A stretch of DNA of 64,000 nt from Bacteroidetes bacterium GWE2_42_24 (GTDB lineage Bacteria > Bacteroidota > Bacteroidia > Bacteroidales > TTA-H9). A model generated the notes under the pieces. That model saw nothing but the letters and a program-made list of their open reading frames with translations. It searched no databases and was not told where the DNA came from. The position numbers and the translations under genes were made by a program. Location: positions 5,873 through 69,872 of the forward strand of contig MEOA01000020.1 of NCBI GenBank assembly GCA_001768515.1. The letters are read 5' to 3'. This document shows, piece by piece, positions 27,677 to 38,573 of the stretch (the stretch's first letter is position 1; the number at the start of each line of letters is the position of its first letter).

Positions 27677-30003
27677 TTGGTGTTTTTATTAAATGGGAGG
27701 TAGATTGTAAAAGTGGTCCCTGAACCGGTTAGGCTGTTGACTTCAATATACCCATTATAATTTTCTACAATTCCGTGCACGGTTGCCAATCCAAGCCCTG
27801 TGCCTTCGCCAACCGGTTTGGTTGTAAAAAAGGGCTCAAAGATACGGTCGAGGTATTTGGGCTCAATTCCGCAACCATTGTCTCTTACTGATATTCTGAG
27901 CCATTTATCAACTCCTTCCTGAATCTGATTCATTCTGGGAACATCACACAAAGGGGGAATATCAATGATAATGGTAATCTTTCCCTGACCTTGCATGGCA
28001 TAATTGGCATTGTTGAACAGATTGATCAGAATCTGCTGTAAGTGTGTGGGGTCCATAACTAATAACCCAACTTCCTCGATCTGTCGATCTATCTCTATCG
28101 ATGTCGGTAAAGTAGCACTTAGCATTTCAATGAATTCCAGAGCCGTTTTTTTGATTCGGATCTCCTGAACTACTTCTTCTTTCTGTCTGCTAAATAACAA
28201 GATTTTCTCAATGAGTGATATAGCTCTTTGTTGTTCATTTCTGATCTGAATCAGATAATCCCTTACAGGGTTAGTTTCGTCCAGATCATTAATGGCCAAC
28301 TCGGTGAATACCGACATTCCCATCAACAGGTTGTTGAAGCCATGAGCTATCCCTCCCGCCAATGTGCCGATAGCCTGCAATTTCTGAGTTTGCCTCATCT
28401 TCCTTTCGAGCATCAGGTCGTTGGTTATATCACGTTTCACGGCTACGAAATTTACGACCTTTCCAAATGAATCTGCAATCGGGCTTATTACGCAATGCTC
28501 GTGGTACAGCGAGCCGTCCTTCCTCTTGTTAATTATCACCCCTGACCACGTTTGCCCTGCGTTAATAGTTTGCCACAATAACTGGTAAAATTGCTGGGGT
28601 TGTTCCCCGCTTTTCAGGATATTAGTCTTTTTGCCAATAACCTCCAGATCATCGTATTGGGTGATTCGACAGAAAGAATTATTGACATATTCTATGATTC
28701 CATCGGTGTCAGTAATTACTATACCTTCGGCGATCTGACCAACTGCTATGGCCAGCTTGCTTCGCTCATGTTCGATGGCGTGCCTGTGCCTCAAATCGCG
28801 TATGATGACAATGTGGGAAGAACTGTCCGCCTGATTGACCCGGCTTACATTAAGCTCAACCGGAACTGTTGTTTCGTCAGCAGAAATCAACACTGTCTCG
28901 TATATCTCAGGCATTTCCTTTCCTTTCAGCCTGTCCTGATGAATTTTATTCACACTCGCTGACTCCTTTCGGCTGACAATGCTCAGTATCTCCTTGCCTG
29001 CCAGCGTATCAGAATCCACTCCAATCAGCTTACCCAGAGCGGGATTAGCATAAAGGATGTCATTCTCATGTATAATCATCAGCCCGTCGTTAAGCCTTTC
29101 GATCAGGTTTTTATACCTAAACTCGCTTTCCAATAATTCACCAGTTCTTTTCTTTACTAATTCTTCAAGATGATTTTGGTAATTTTCAAGCTGCTCCTGA
29201 TTCTTTTTTCGTTCCGTAATATCATTGATGATTACGGTTAAACCGGTGATGGTATGGCTATCCTGATTATGAACAGGCCAGATGCTTATATCATATTTCG
29301 TCTCTGTCTGTTGATCCCAGGGGGAATCTTCGAGTCCGATAACGGGTTGACCTTCAAGAGCCTTCTTTAGGTGGTTGGTGATGACCAGATGATCGTTATC
29401 ATTAAGCCACAAATCCAGGATTGAATCGTTTATGTTGACAGCATTCCTGTTTTTACAAAGAAGCCATGTATTGAGTGTCTGGTTGAAGTTCGTGATAGAG
29501 AAATGAAGGTCAGTCGAAATGATAGCAACATTGACAGAGCTATTGAGCATCGATTCAAGCTGTGCCTGCTTCTCGCTGATCAGTATGTTTTTCTCTTTCA
29601 ATTCTTTTTCGAGCCTGATTGAATCGGCTGTTTTTTTGATCAAATCTATCAGGCGATTCCATTGAAGTGGCTTCAGAACGAAACCATCGACACCAATTTC
29701 TATGGCTTTGATGAGTAGATCGGTTTCATTGTATGCGCTAATAATGATAATATGCTGCCCGGGATTGATGATACGAATCTGGTTCGCCATTTCCAGACCA
29801 TCCATCTTTGGCATCTTGATGTCGCTGATAACTACATCAAATTGGTTCGATTTGTACTGATTAAGTCCTTCAACCCCATTGGAAGCGATGACGACATGTT
29901 CAATTCGTCTTTTAAGTATCTCGAAGGTATTCTCTCTGATGTTGATGTTATCTTCAACCAGAAGGACGTTGAGCGGTATTTTCTTTAATTCTTGTCTTTC
30001 CAT
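27673..30003 (-). CDS. REC-PAS-PAS-histidine kinase
   Basis: 776 aa. It has a receiver ([10 protein letters not shown]...[13 protein letters not shown]), PAS-like repeats, an H-region ([11 protein letters not shown]) and an HATPase domain ([13 protein letters not shown]). Confidence 0.85.
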   Translation of the reverse strand: MERQELKKIPLNVLLVEDNINIRENTFEILKRRIEHVVIASNGVEGLNQYKSNQFDVVISDIKMPKMDGLEMANQIRIINPGQHIIIISAYNETDLLIKAIEIGVDGFVLKPLQWNRLIDLIKKTADSIRLEKELKEKNILISEKQAQLESMLNSSVNVAIISTDLHFSITNFNQTLNTWLLCKNRNAVNINDSILDLWLNDNDHLVITNHLKKALEGQPVIGLEDSPWDQQTETKYDISIWPVHNQDSHTITGLTVIINDITERKKNQEQLENYQNHLEELVKKRTGELLESEFRYKNLIERLNDGLMIIHENDILYANPALGKLIGVDSDTLAGKEILSIVSRKESASVNKIHQDRLKGKEMPEIYETVLISADETTVPVELNVSRVNQADSSSHIVIIRDLRHRHAIEHERSKLAIAVGQIAEGIVITDTDGIIEYVNNSFCRITQYDDLEVIGKKTNILKSGEQPQQFYQLLWQTINAGQTWSGVIINKRKDGSLYHEHCVISPIADSFGKVVNFVAVKRDITNDLMLERKMRQTQKLQAIGTLAGGIAHGFNNLLMGMSVFTELAINDLDETNPVRDYLIQIRNEQQRAISLIEKILLFSRQKEEVVQEIRIKKTALEFIEMLSATLPTSIEIDRQIEEVGLLVMDPTHLQQILINLFNNANYAMQGQGKITIIIDIPPLCDVPRMNQIQEGVDKWLRISVRDNGCGIEPKYLDRIFEPFFTTKPVGEGTGLGLATVHGIVENYNGYIEVNSLTGSGTTFTIYLPFNKNTK

Positions 30004-30010
30004 ATCAATG

Positions 30011-32119
30011 TTATACCTCTATACAGAATTCGGCACCGTCTTTTGTGTTGCGTACAGTAAGCGAGCCATTCATGTTTTTTTCTATAATCATTTTTGACAT
30101 ATACAAACCCAATCCTGCACCTACTTCTTTCGTGGTAAAGTATGGCTCAAATATCTTGTGAACGATATCAGGTGCGATACCACCTGCATTATCGCCGATG
30201 AGCACAACTGATTTATCCAATGATTTGTTTACCGTTATCTTAATAGTCGGTTCCCTGATGTTTCTGTCGATAATTATGTCACGCGTGTTGTTCAGTATGT
30301 TGAGCATCACCTGAGCATACTCATTAGGATATCCACAGATTTCTGTATCCTGATGCCAATTGAATTCTACTTTAATGTTGTTGTGAATAAAATTGGCTTC
30401 CATGAATCCGACAGCACTCTGTACGGCCTTGTATATACTGAAGTTCTGCTTTTCCTTGTCGGGTTTAAAGAAGTTTCTGAAATCATCAATAGTGTGCGAC
30501 ATGTAATTTAAAAGGTTCATCACATGACTCACCTTTTCACGCAAATACACCGCGTTGATTTCATTGTAAAGATAGGCATCTTCGATGTTCTGAACAATAA
30601 CACTAAGGCTATTAAGCGGCTGCCGCCACTGATGGGCAATATTGCCTATCATCTCTCCCATGGCTGCCTGTCGCGATTGTTTGATAATCAAGTGATCCTT
30701 GTCGCGCAATAGCTTGATGCCTTCGTTTATTTTTTCCTCCTGTCCGGCATACAGTATTTTCAATTTATCTGTCATTACATTGAAGTTATCCGACAGTTCA
30801 TCGATTTCTTCAATGCCTGCTCTTTCTATGTGTTTTAAATCCAGGTTCTTTGACATTTCTGTGGTGGCTTCTACAAGAAGATGAACCGGGGAAGTAATCT
30901 TGGAGGAGATCTTTTCGGCTCTTCTTTTCAAAAAGAGAAAAAAAGGAATGTAAAATAGTATTAGAAAAGCGATTGCCAGATATCCAAGGATATTGCTCTG
31001 CCTGGTTAACAATTTCACAGGCGCAAGTACAATGCTTTCGTCAACGAGGGTATAAAAACGCCAGCCGGTTTCTTCAATCTCATGTTGCGCAATGATGTAT
31101 GTCTTTTCTTTTATTTTTATTTCGCCTATCGTCTGGTTTTTTTGAACAAGTTCGCGCATTTTTCCCGGAATCGATTCATTCTTTAATAGATTGTACTCAT
31201 CAGGTTTATAGGTGTTTTTTTGTACCAACTGGGAATAGTCGTGCCGGGTGAGTTCTGCCAAACCCAGTATCTTTTCTACCGATGCCGGCATCGCTATTAC
31301 CACGCCCTGATTGTCGGCAAGAAATGATTTGCCATTCCAGGGGATTTTCATTCCTAAAATATTCTTTTTGAAATTTTCGATGGTGATATCAATGCCTACC
31401 ACCCCTTCAAGAAAATTTCCTTTGTAAACCGGTACAAAGCATGATGCCATCCATCCCATGCCCGCCGGATCGAGGTAGGCATCTGTCCAGACTACATCTC
31501 TTGAAGGATTGTGAATGCTGTCGGCTTCATAGTAAAAGTTGAAGGAAGTAATTTCCATATTGGGCATGTATTGCTCGTATGTCTTCTCAATATAAGGGTA
31601 GTAACGGTTCATGTTGTCATAGGTGTTCAGGTAGACCGCTACAATATTGGAATCTATATCTGCTACAATTTTAAAAAGGGGGTCAAGCGCTTCAGAATTA
31701 GATGCTTTAGAATATTCAAAGGGGCTAAATGGAGTGATCCCCGCGTAATAGATTGATCCCCCTCCATTGTTGTTCGCCTTATACATGGTACCGTTTTTGG
31801 CAACTTTAAGTACTGGCTGTACATCAGGTAGCCTGAACTTCTCAGGATTTCTGAAGAAACGTTGGTTTTCAGATTGAAGGATTCTTGCATATTGGCTCAC
31901 AGCCATCAGTTCAGCATTAATGTTTCTGGTTTCACGAAAGGCCATCTCCGAAACATTTTCTTTAACTTCCTCTAGTAGTGTGACCCTGGTTCGATGGGTC
32001 TTGTATGCATTGATGCTGAAATAAAGCACTAAAAGCATAATCTCAATGATGATGATTGGAATCAGGGCTGACCTGACAAATTCTCTTTTAATAAGCCTTT
32101 TAAAGGATTGCGTCTTCAT
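30011..32119 (-). CDS. Membrane sensor histidine kinase with an extracytoplasmic Cache-like domain
   Basis: 702 aa. Two TM segments flank a roughly 330-aa periplasmic domain, followed by a HAMP-like linker. The H-box is IAHQWRQPLN and the HATPase domain includes GAGLGLYMSK. Confidence 0.8.
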   Translation of the reverse strand: MKTQSFKRLIKREFVRSALIPIIIIEIMLLVLYFSINAYKTHRTRVTLLEEVKENVSEMAFRETRNINAELMAVSQYARILQSENQRFFRNPEKFRLPDVQPVLKVAKNGTMYKANNNGGGSIYYAGITPFSPFEYSKASNSEALDPLFKIVADIDSNIVAVYLNTYDNMNRYYPYIEKTYEQYMPNMEITSFNFYYEADSIHNPSRDVVWTDAYLDPAGMGWMASCFVPVYKGNFLEGVVGIDITIENFKKNILGMKIPWNGKSFLADNQGVVIAMPASVEKILGLAELTRHDYSQLVQKNTYKPDEYNLLKNESIPGKMRELVQKNQTIGEIKIKEKTYIIAQHEIEETGWRFYTLVDESIVLAPVKLLTRQSNILGYLAIAFLILFYIPFFLFLKRRAEKISSKITSPVHLLVEATTEMSKNLDLKHIERAGIEEIDELSDNFNVMTDKLKILYAGQEEKINEGIKLLRDKDHLIIKQSRQAAMGEMIGNIAHQWRQPLNSLSVIVQNIEDAYLYNEINAVYLREKVSHVMNLLNYMSHTIDDFRNFFKPDKEKQNFSIYKAVQSAVGFMEANFIHNNIKVEFNWHQDTEICGYPNEYAQVMLNILNNTRDIIIDRNIREPTIKITVNKSLDKSVVLIGDNAGGIAPDIVHKIFEPYFTTKEVGAGLGLYMSKMIIEKNMNGSLTVRNTKDGAEFCIEV

Positions 32120-32316
32120 CTGTTCACACTGAGTTTTTGGCTATAGCCTAATTTTCAGAATCCAGAGAGAAGTCTCCTGAACGGGTGCAAATATCCTTTG
32201 CATTGAACCTTGCTCTATTCATTTAATGGCCATGGCCGTCGAAAGTATTTTTTGACTGATGGTTTGTTTCCATCAGTTTTACTACTTTCGCCAGCATAAA
32301 ATTAACTATTTCTGTC

Positions 32317-34413
32317 ATGATTAAAAATAATCTTTTTATTCTTTCGGCTCTTTTGGTTCTGTCTTCTTGTGCTAATCAACCGAAGGATAAGTCAGTGTCT
32401 GATAACCAACAGATTATTGGATCTAAAACCCTTGATGTTACTGATGGTAGGCTGACCCCTGAAATTTTATGGGCTTTGGGCCGGGTAAGTGAACCTCGCT
32501 TGAGCCCTGATAAAAACACTGTTCTGTATGGTGTCACATGGTATGATGTCGTACAAAATAAGGGTAATCGTGAGCTCTATACCATTGGAATTGATGGGGC
32601 TGGATTCAAGCAACTGACAGCCACCGCTAAGGGAGAATATGATGCACAATGGCGCCCTGATGGAAAACGGATTGGTTTCATGACAGCGGAATCTGGTTCT
32701 ATGCAAATATGGGAGATGAACCCTGATGGGTCTGATCGTAAACAGGTTAGTCGTGTCGATGGGGGTATTACCGGTTTTCGTTATTCTCCTGATCAGACAA
32801 AACTGTTTTTTACGGCGGAAGTTGCTGCTCAGGAACCATTACGCAATTTGTTCGGGGGGCTCGATAAAACCTCAGGCCGCCTCATGGATGAAATGATGTA
32901 CCGTCACTGGGATACCTGGGTCGATTCTTACTCGCATATCTTCATTGGTGATTACCAGAATGAAGAGCTTTCAAACGTAAAGGATATCATGGAGGGGGAG
33001 CAATGGGATGCACCAGTCAAACCAAACGGGGGCACTGAACAGATTGCCTGGTCGCCCGATAATAAAACCCTGGTGTACGCATGCCGTAAACTTACCGGCA
33101 AAGCATATACGCTGAGCACTAATTCCGATTTATTTGCCTATGACCTCGCCTCAGGCCGGACAAGTAATCTCACCGAAGGAATGCCGGGCTACGACCTTAA
33201 TCCGGTGTTCTCACCTGATGGACGATACCTTGCCTGGGAAAGCATGGAACGCGATGGCTATGAAGCCGATCAGATTCGTCTGTTCCTGCTTGATATTGCT
33301 CAGGGTACAAAAACATACCTTACCGAGGGATGGGACAATGATGTTCACAACCTTACCTGGGACAACGAAAGCAATGGTTTGTGGTTCACAGCCCCGGTGG
33401 AAGCATGCGAACAAGTCTGTTTTATCTCTGTCAATGACAAAAAGGTTAGGGTTCTTACCAATGGGGTTAATGATTACGTTACCATTGCTCTTTCTGGGAA
33501 TGGACTCATCGCAGGGCGTATGAGCATGTCGGAGCCTGTTGAACTTTACCGTGTTAATACTGAAAACGGAGAAGCTGCGGCCATAACTGCCACGAACAAA
33601 GAACTGTTGTCAAAGCTGAATTTTGGCAAACCGGTGAAGCGTTGGGTTAAAACTTCGGATAATAAACAAATGTTTACCTGGGTTATCCTTCCTCCTGATT
33701 TCGACTCAACAAAAAAGTATCCGACTTTGCTATACTGTCAGGGTGGCCCCCAGAGTACTGTTAGTCAGTTTTGGTCATATCGGTGGAATTTCCAGATGAT
33801 GGTGGCCAATGGTTATGTGGTGGTAGCACCCAACAGACACGGGGTACCTGGTTTTGGGAAAGCATGGAATGAGCAAATCAGTGGTGATTATGGCGGACAA
33901 AACATGAAGGATTATTTAGCAGCCATCGACGATGTGTCGAAAGAAAGCTGGTCTGATGAAAGCAGGTTGGGTGCCGTGGGAGCCAGCTATGGCGGCTTCT
34001 CGGTGTATTGGCTGGCAGGAAATCACCAAAAACGGTTTAAGGCGTTTATAGCCCATGATGGTATGTTTAATCTGGAACAACAATACCTTGAGACCGAGGA
34101 AATGTGGTTCGTGAATTGGGATCTTGGCGGTCCTTATTGGGATAAATCAAATCAAACAGCCCAGAAGAGCTATGCCAATTCGCCCCACCGGTTTGTTGAT
34201 AAATGGGATACCCCTATTCTGGTGATCCATAGTGAACTGGACTACCGAATTGTAGCTTCTCAGGGGATGGCTGCGTTCAATGCTGCCCAGCTCAGGGGGA
34301 TTCCGTCTGAGTACCTTTACTTCCCCGATGAAAATCATTGGGTGTTGCAACCCCAGAATGGAATTCTGTGGCAACGCGTATTCTATAACTGGCTTGATCG
34401 CTGGCTGAAGTAA
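32317..34413 (+). CDS. S9-family serine peptidase (beta-propeller plus alpha/beta hydrolase), lipoprotein
   Basis: Lipobox LSSCANQ, TolB/WD40-like N-terminal half, nucleophile motif GASYGGF, and C-terminal D/H region (HSELDYRI...DENHW). Confidence 0.85.
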   Translation: MIKNNLFILSALLVLSSCANQPKDKSVSDNQQIIGSKTLDVTDGRLTPEILWALGRVSEPRLSPDKNTVLYGVTWYDVVQNKGNRELYTIGIDGAGFKQLTATAKGEYDAQWRPDGKRIGFMTAESGSMQIWEMNPDGSDRKQVSRVDGGITGFRYSPDQTKLFFTAEVAAQEPLRNLFGGLDKTSGRLMDEMMYRHWDTWVDSYSHIFIGDYQNEELSNVKDIMEGEQWDAPVKPNGGTEQIAWSPDNKTLVYACRKLTGKAYTLSTNSDLFAYDLASGRTSNLTEGMPGYDLNPVFSPDGRYLAWESMERDGYEADQIRLFLLDIAQGTKTYLTEGWDNDVHNLTWDNESNGLWFTAPVEACEQVCFISVNDKKVRVLTNGVNDYVTIALSGNGLIAGRMSMSEPVELYRVNTENGEAAAITATNKELLSKLNFGKPVKRWVKTSDNKQMFTWVILPPDFDSTKKYPTLLYCQGGPQSTVSQFWSYRWNFQMMVANGYVVVAPNRHGVPGFGKAWNEQISGDYGGQNMKDYLAAIDDVSKESWSDESRLGAVGASYGGFSVYWLAGNHQKRFKAFIAHDGMFNLEQQYLETEEMWFVNWDLGGPYWDKSNQTAQKSYANSPHRFVDKWDTPILVIHSELDYRIVASQGMAAFNAAQLRGIPSEYLYFPDENHWVLQPQNGILWQRVFYNWLDRWLK

Positions 34414-34440
34414 ATCCTAAAATTGCACTGAAAATAATTG

Positions 34441-34476
34441 ATATGACCTTGCATTTGGCAAGGTCATATCTTTTTG
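34441..34476 (+). terminator. Rho-independent terminator after the S9 peptidase gene
   Basis: A 12-bp perfect stem atatgaccttgc / gcaaggtcatat is followed by ctttttg. Confidence 0.8.
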
Positions 34477-34587
34477 TGACTTTTGCCTTTTCGATTTACG
34501 CTTCGGTTGAACTAACCATCTGTTAGTATAACAGGATGCTACTAATTTTAATGTATTGCCAATTACTATTTGGATAAAGATTCTATA

Positions 34588-35343
34588 ATGAAAAAATTTG
34601 CCTTAATCACCGGTGCCAGTAGTGGAATCGGTAAAGCCTGTGCACAACGGCTTGCATTTCGTGGACATAATCTTATTCTCGTCGCGCGCCGCCTCAGTCG
34701 TATGGAAGAGATGGCAGTTCAGTTTCGGCGTGATTTTAACGTCGAGGTGATTGTGAAGAAAGCTGATTTTATGGTATTAAATGAGATCGAAGGCCTTTTT
34801 GCTGAGTTGTCTGACTTACAGATTGATATTCTGATTAACAATGCAGGCTTTGCCCTTGGAAAATCTTCAATCGACGAATATGACTGGAATGATTTCGAAC
34901 AAATGATCGGAGTAAATATCAGGGCCTTTACCAGGATAGCTCAATTGGCTATTCCCAAACTCAGGCAAACCGCCGGGCATATTGTAAACATCAGCTCAAT
35001 CGCTGGAATTGAAGCCTATGAAGGTGGATCGGTCTATTGCGGAACAAAAGCCTATGTCAAGATGCTGAGTAAGTCAATGCGGATCGATCTGGCCGGCAGT
35101 GGCGTGAGGGTTACTGACATCGCTCCCGGTGCTGTTGAGACAGAATTTAGCACGGTTCGCTTTAAGGGCGATCAGATGAAGGCTGATGCAGTCTATGAAG
35201 GATTTATCCCTCTTTCATCGACCGACATCGCCGATGTAGTGGAATTTACCCTGAACCGTCCCCGACACGTTAATATCGAGTATCTGTTGATTACCCCTAC
35301 TGCTCAGGCTTCAGCTGCCCGGATTTTCAGAGAACCTAAATAA
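34588..35343 (+). CDS. Short-chain dehydrogenase/reductase (YdfG-like, NADP-dependent)
   Basis: TGASSGIG cofactor loop, NNAG, and catalytic S...YCGTK. The ATG at 34588 (MKKFALITG) is preferred over the TTG at 34570. Confidence 0.85.
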   Translation: MKKFALITGASSGIGKACAQRLAFRGHNLILVARRLSRMEEMAVQFRRDFNVEVIVKKADFMVLNEIEGLFAELSDLQIDILINNAGFALGKSSIDEYDWNDFEQMIGVNIRAFTRIAQLAIPKLRQTAGHIVNISSIAGIEAYEGGSVYCGTKAYVKMLSKSMRIDLAGSGVRVTDIAPGAVETEFSTVRFKGDQMKADAVYEGFIPLSSTDIADVVEFTLNRPRHVNIEYLLITPTAQASAARIFREPK

Positions 35344-35707
35344 GCGTGTTAATCGGTAACTGGAATAATGGATTGAAGATCAGTCCTATTATGTTCTTCC
35401 ATGGGTCGTACACTGAGCAAACGATAATCGGACCTCCTACACTATGTGGAGCCTCATGGACGATTGCACCAGCCTGTATCAGTTGCTGAAATGTTTCTTC
35501 GATATTGTCAACACCCCAATATGTAATTGAATTGTTTCCGTATATGGTCGATTCCTCTGGCATCAGCCCCAATTCATATCCCCCGATGTTGAAACCGATA
35601 TAAAAAGGTTCGTAAAAATAAGGTTTAACGCCAAATGCCTTTTCATACCATTCATGGGCATTTCCCATATCGGCTACGGTATAACAAACAGTTCTCAGAC
35701 CTTGCAT
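35336..35707 (-). CDS. VOC/glyoxalase-family protein
   Basis: About 123 aa from the ATG at 35707 (MQGLRTVCYTVADM...). The pattern fits a glyoxalase/bleomycin-resistance fold. The track ORF starts upstream at a TTG (35749). Confidence 0.65.
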   Translation of the reverse strand: MQGLRTVCYTVADMGNAHEWYEKAFGVKPYFYEPFYIGFNIGGYELGLMPEESTIYGNNSITYWGVDNIEETFQQLIQAGAIVHEAPHSVGGPIIVCSVYDPWKNIIGLIFNPLFQLPINTLI

Positions 35708-35856
35708 AAATTTAGTATATAGTTTTAACAAAGATATACATTTGGGCAACTATTCCGACTTGCGGGTTTTAGATTCCGGAGATGGTTAACTTTCAATCAC
35801 CCGGCTATTGAAAACTTTTTAATTGAAATTTTGTTCTTTCTAAAAATGAATATTTT

Positions 35857-37551
35857 ATGAAAAAATTCTTCTTTTTGGTTTTAATGATATTTGTCGGTGA
35901 ATGGTTGCCTGCACAGACTAACCCGGAACGGTTTGTTGCCTTCCTGAAAGATAAAAATAACAATCCTTACTCCATTTCTAATCCTTCAGCTTTCCTCTCG
36001 GAACGTGCTCTTGCGCGCAGAGCCAGGTATTCAATTGCCATTGATGCTTATGATTTGCCGGTGACCCCCGATTATATCACTCAGGTGAGAGGGACCGGTG
36101 CTGAAGTCATTAATACTTCCCGCTGGTTAAACACCATTACTTTTGCAACCTCCGATCCGATTGTTTTGGATGTCGTGAGGGCGCTCTCTTTTGTCGATAG
36201 CGTCAGCGCTGTATTTCCCAAAAAATCAGCTTCAATACAGCCCGGTTCAGGTGTTCAGGCTACTCCTGGAATTCCTCCCTACTCAATTCAACGAATAGAT
36301 GGTGCAGTCCCGGTCGCTCCCTTAAAATCGGGAAATGTGCTTGATTACGGATTGGCTGCCAACCAGACCACAATGGTCAACCTTCAGGAATTACACAATG
36401 CCGGATATACCGGCGACGGGATGTTGATAGCTGTTCTGGATGCTGGCTTTGCCAATGCGAATCAAATTAGCGTTTTCGATACACTCTGGTTGACAAATCG
36501 TATCATGGGCTGGCGTGATATAAGCGAACCCGGAAATGATATATTTGCCTCTACCATGCATTCACATGGAACCAGTGTGCTATCGTTAATGGGCGGCAAC
36601 ATGCCCGGTCAGCTTGTGGGAACGGCTCCTCATGCCACCTACTTTTTGATCCGTACCGAAGAAGGCCCTACCGAATCGCTGGTTGAAGAGTATAACTGGG
36701 CTGCAGGAGCTGAACTAGCCGACAGTATCGGTGCTGATGTCATTAATTCATCGCTGGGATATACTACCTTCGATAACCCGTTGTTTAATCATTCATACAG
36801 CGATCTGGATGGCAAAACAACACCTGTTTCCATCGCCGCAGGGCGGGCTGCTTCGAGAGGAATGCTGGTGGTTAACAGTGCCGGAAACGAAGGGGGCGGA
36901 AGTTGGCAATATGTCGGAGCGCCTGCTGACGGCCCTCAGGTTTTTACTATCGGAGCTGTTGACTTCTCGGGACAGTATGCTAACTTTAGTTCTACGGGTC
37001 CGACTTTTGATGGTAGAATCAAACCTGATATTACGGCTCAGGGTAGTGGCGCTGCTGTAGCATTTGCCACAGGCGATATTGGCTTTGGCTCTGGTACTTC
37101 TTTCTCATCACCGCTTATTGCCGGGGCAATGGCCTGCTTGTGGCAGACTTCTCCCTCGCATTCGCCCGGCGAAGTTAAGGATGCTGTTCGCTTCACTGCA
37201 TCAAAGGCCGATAATCCCGATAATTATTATGGTTACGGTATCCCTGATTTTCTGCAGGCACAGTTATCAATAGGTCTGGGTGAAACAACTGTTGAAAACC
37301 CATCATTACGTCTGGCTCCTAATCCTTTTGTTAGTTTTCCTTCAGTGCTGATTTCTGGCGCTCCTGACCAGCCTTTCTACATTTCTGTTTTCGATATGAA
37401 TGGATCGTGTGTTTTTCGCTCAGGTAAGGTTGTGCTGTTCGGAAACGGCGTCTTTTCCGTTCGGGAATTCAACCAGCTCCCTTCCGGCATCTACATGGTA
37501 CTCGTTGAAGGCAGTGGCACACGACAGTTTGTAAAAGCTGTTAAATTATAG
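35857..37551 (+). CDS. S8 subtilisin-family serine peptidase with a T9SS C-terminal domain
   Basis: Catalytic triad contexts are AVLDAGF, HGTSVLS and GTSFSSP. The C-terminus LRLAPNPF...ISVFDMNGSCVF...GIYMVLVEG...VKAVKL is CTD-like. Confidence 0.85.
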   Translation: MKKFFFLVLMIFVGEWLPAQTNPERFVAFLKDKNNNPYSISNPSAFLSERALARRARYSIAIDAYDLPVTPDYITQVRGTGAEVINTSRWLNTITFATSDPIVLDVVRALSFVDSVSAVFPKKSASIQPGSGVQATPGIPPYSIQRIDGAVPVAPLKSGNVLDYGLAANQTTMVNLQELHNAGYTGDGMLIAVLDAGFANANQISVFDTLWLTNRIMGWRDISEPGNDIFASTMHSHGTSVLSLMGGNMPGQLVGTAPHATYFLIRTEEGPTESLVEEYNWAAGAELADSIGADVINSSLGYTTFDNPLFNHSYSDLDGKTTPVSIAAGRAASRGMLVVNSAGNEGGGSWQYVGAPADGPQVFTIGAVDFSGQYANFSSTGPTFDGRIKPDITAQGSGAAVAFATGDIGFGSGTSFSSPLIAGAMACLWQTSPSHSPGEVKDAVRFTASKADNPDNYYGYGIPDFLQAQLSIGLGETTVENPSLRLAPNPFVSFPSVLISGAPDQPFYISVFDMNGSCVFRSGKVVLFGNGVFSVREFNQLPSGIYMVLVEGSGTRQFVKAVKL

Positions 37552-37935
37552 TTTTACTCGTCTCGGATTATTGATTTGCTGTTATGTTCTGGCAATACTA
37601 TGTCTCCTGTTTTTGTTTTTAACCTTGTTTCAGGCTACTGATACAGATGTTGACTGGTGCCGTGACAATTACTATTATCTAATAATCCGGGGAACTAATT
37701 TGTATTACTAAGATTCCGTAGCTCATCTAACCCGACTGCCCGACTTTTTAGCAAAGTTATCACTGGAGAACTCTTTTTTGCAGGAGATATTATTGTTGAC
37801 TAACAGCCAATAATGAGAGGATGTGTATTTTGGTATTGATAATTTATAAAAAGGATATGTTAGGTATGCTTGTATTCATTTTGCTAATGACAGTGAAATG
37901 CTTTGTTCGGATATAGTCTGGAGGAATCATGCCGA

Positions 37936-38349
37936 TCAGATCAGTTCAATCCGGTGGATGAGTTTAGCTGCTTTACCCAGCATGGCAGAAACGCCACAAT
38001 ACTTTTCCTGCGACAAAGCTACTGCCTTTTCCAGCTTATCCATCGGAAGGTTTTGGCCTTTGAACTGATAAACAATTGTGATCAGTGAATATACTTTGGG
38101 ATGTTCTTCTGTTTGTTCGGCTTCTATCTTCAGGTGGAAGGCATCGGGTGTTACCCGCATTTTATCAAGTATTGCAATCACATCCATGCCGGTACAACCA
38201 GCCAGTCCGGCCAACAGCAGGGCTTTGGGTCTGGGTCCCGAGTCATCGCCACCCGATTCTTTATCAGCATCCATCACAACAGGATGTCCCGTCACCAATG
38301 CTTCAAAAGCCATTTTGCCCATCCATTGGGTTTCAATATCAATTTTCAT
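37936..38349 (-). CDS. OsmC-family peroxiredoxin-like protein
   Basis: 137 aa with GPRPKALLLAGLAGCTGMDV and EKYCGVSAML (two conserved Cys). Confidence 0.85.
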   Translation of the reverse strand: MKIDIETQWMGKMAFEALVTGHPVVMDADKESGGDDSGPRPKALLLAGLAGCTGMDVIAILDKMRVTPDAFHLKIEAEQTEEHPKVYSLITIVYQFKGQNLPMDKLEKAVALSQEKYCGVSAMLGKAAKLIHRIELI

Positions 38350-38573
38350 TTTTTTCGAAATTTTAATGTTAACAGTGTCTTTTCAGGTCACTTGCAGTAT
38401 TATCAGTATTAAATCCAAAACCGGGAAAACGCGTTACTGTAGTCCTTGTTGCAAGAAAAACAGTGAAAGAGTACCTTTGTTCAGTAGTTGAGTTCAATAG
38501 TATGTGTTACAGTGTTGACTGTTAATGTTGTGTTTATATATTCCCTCTCAATACCGCGTATTTTTAAAAAACC

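Noticed and set aside
38078-38491. Three overlapping plus-strand ORFs (93-137 aa) over the OsmC gene.
   Set aside because: They are antisense shadow ORFs of a clearly recognisable OsmC-family gene and have no family features.
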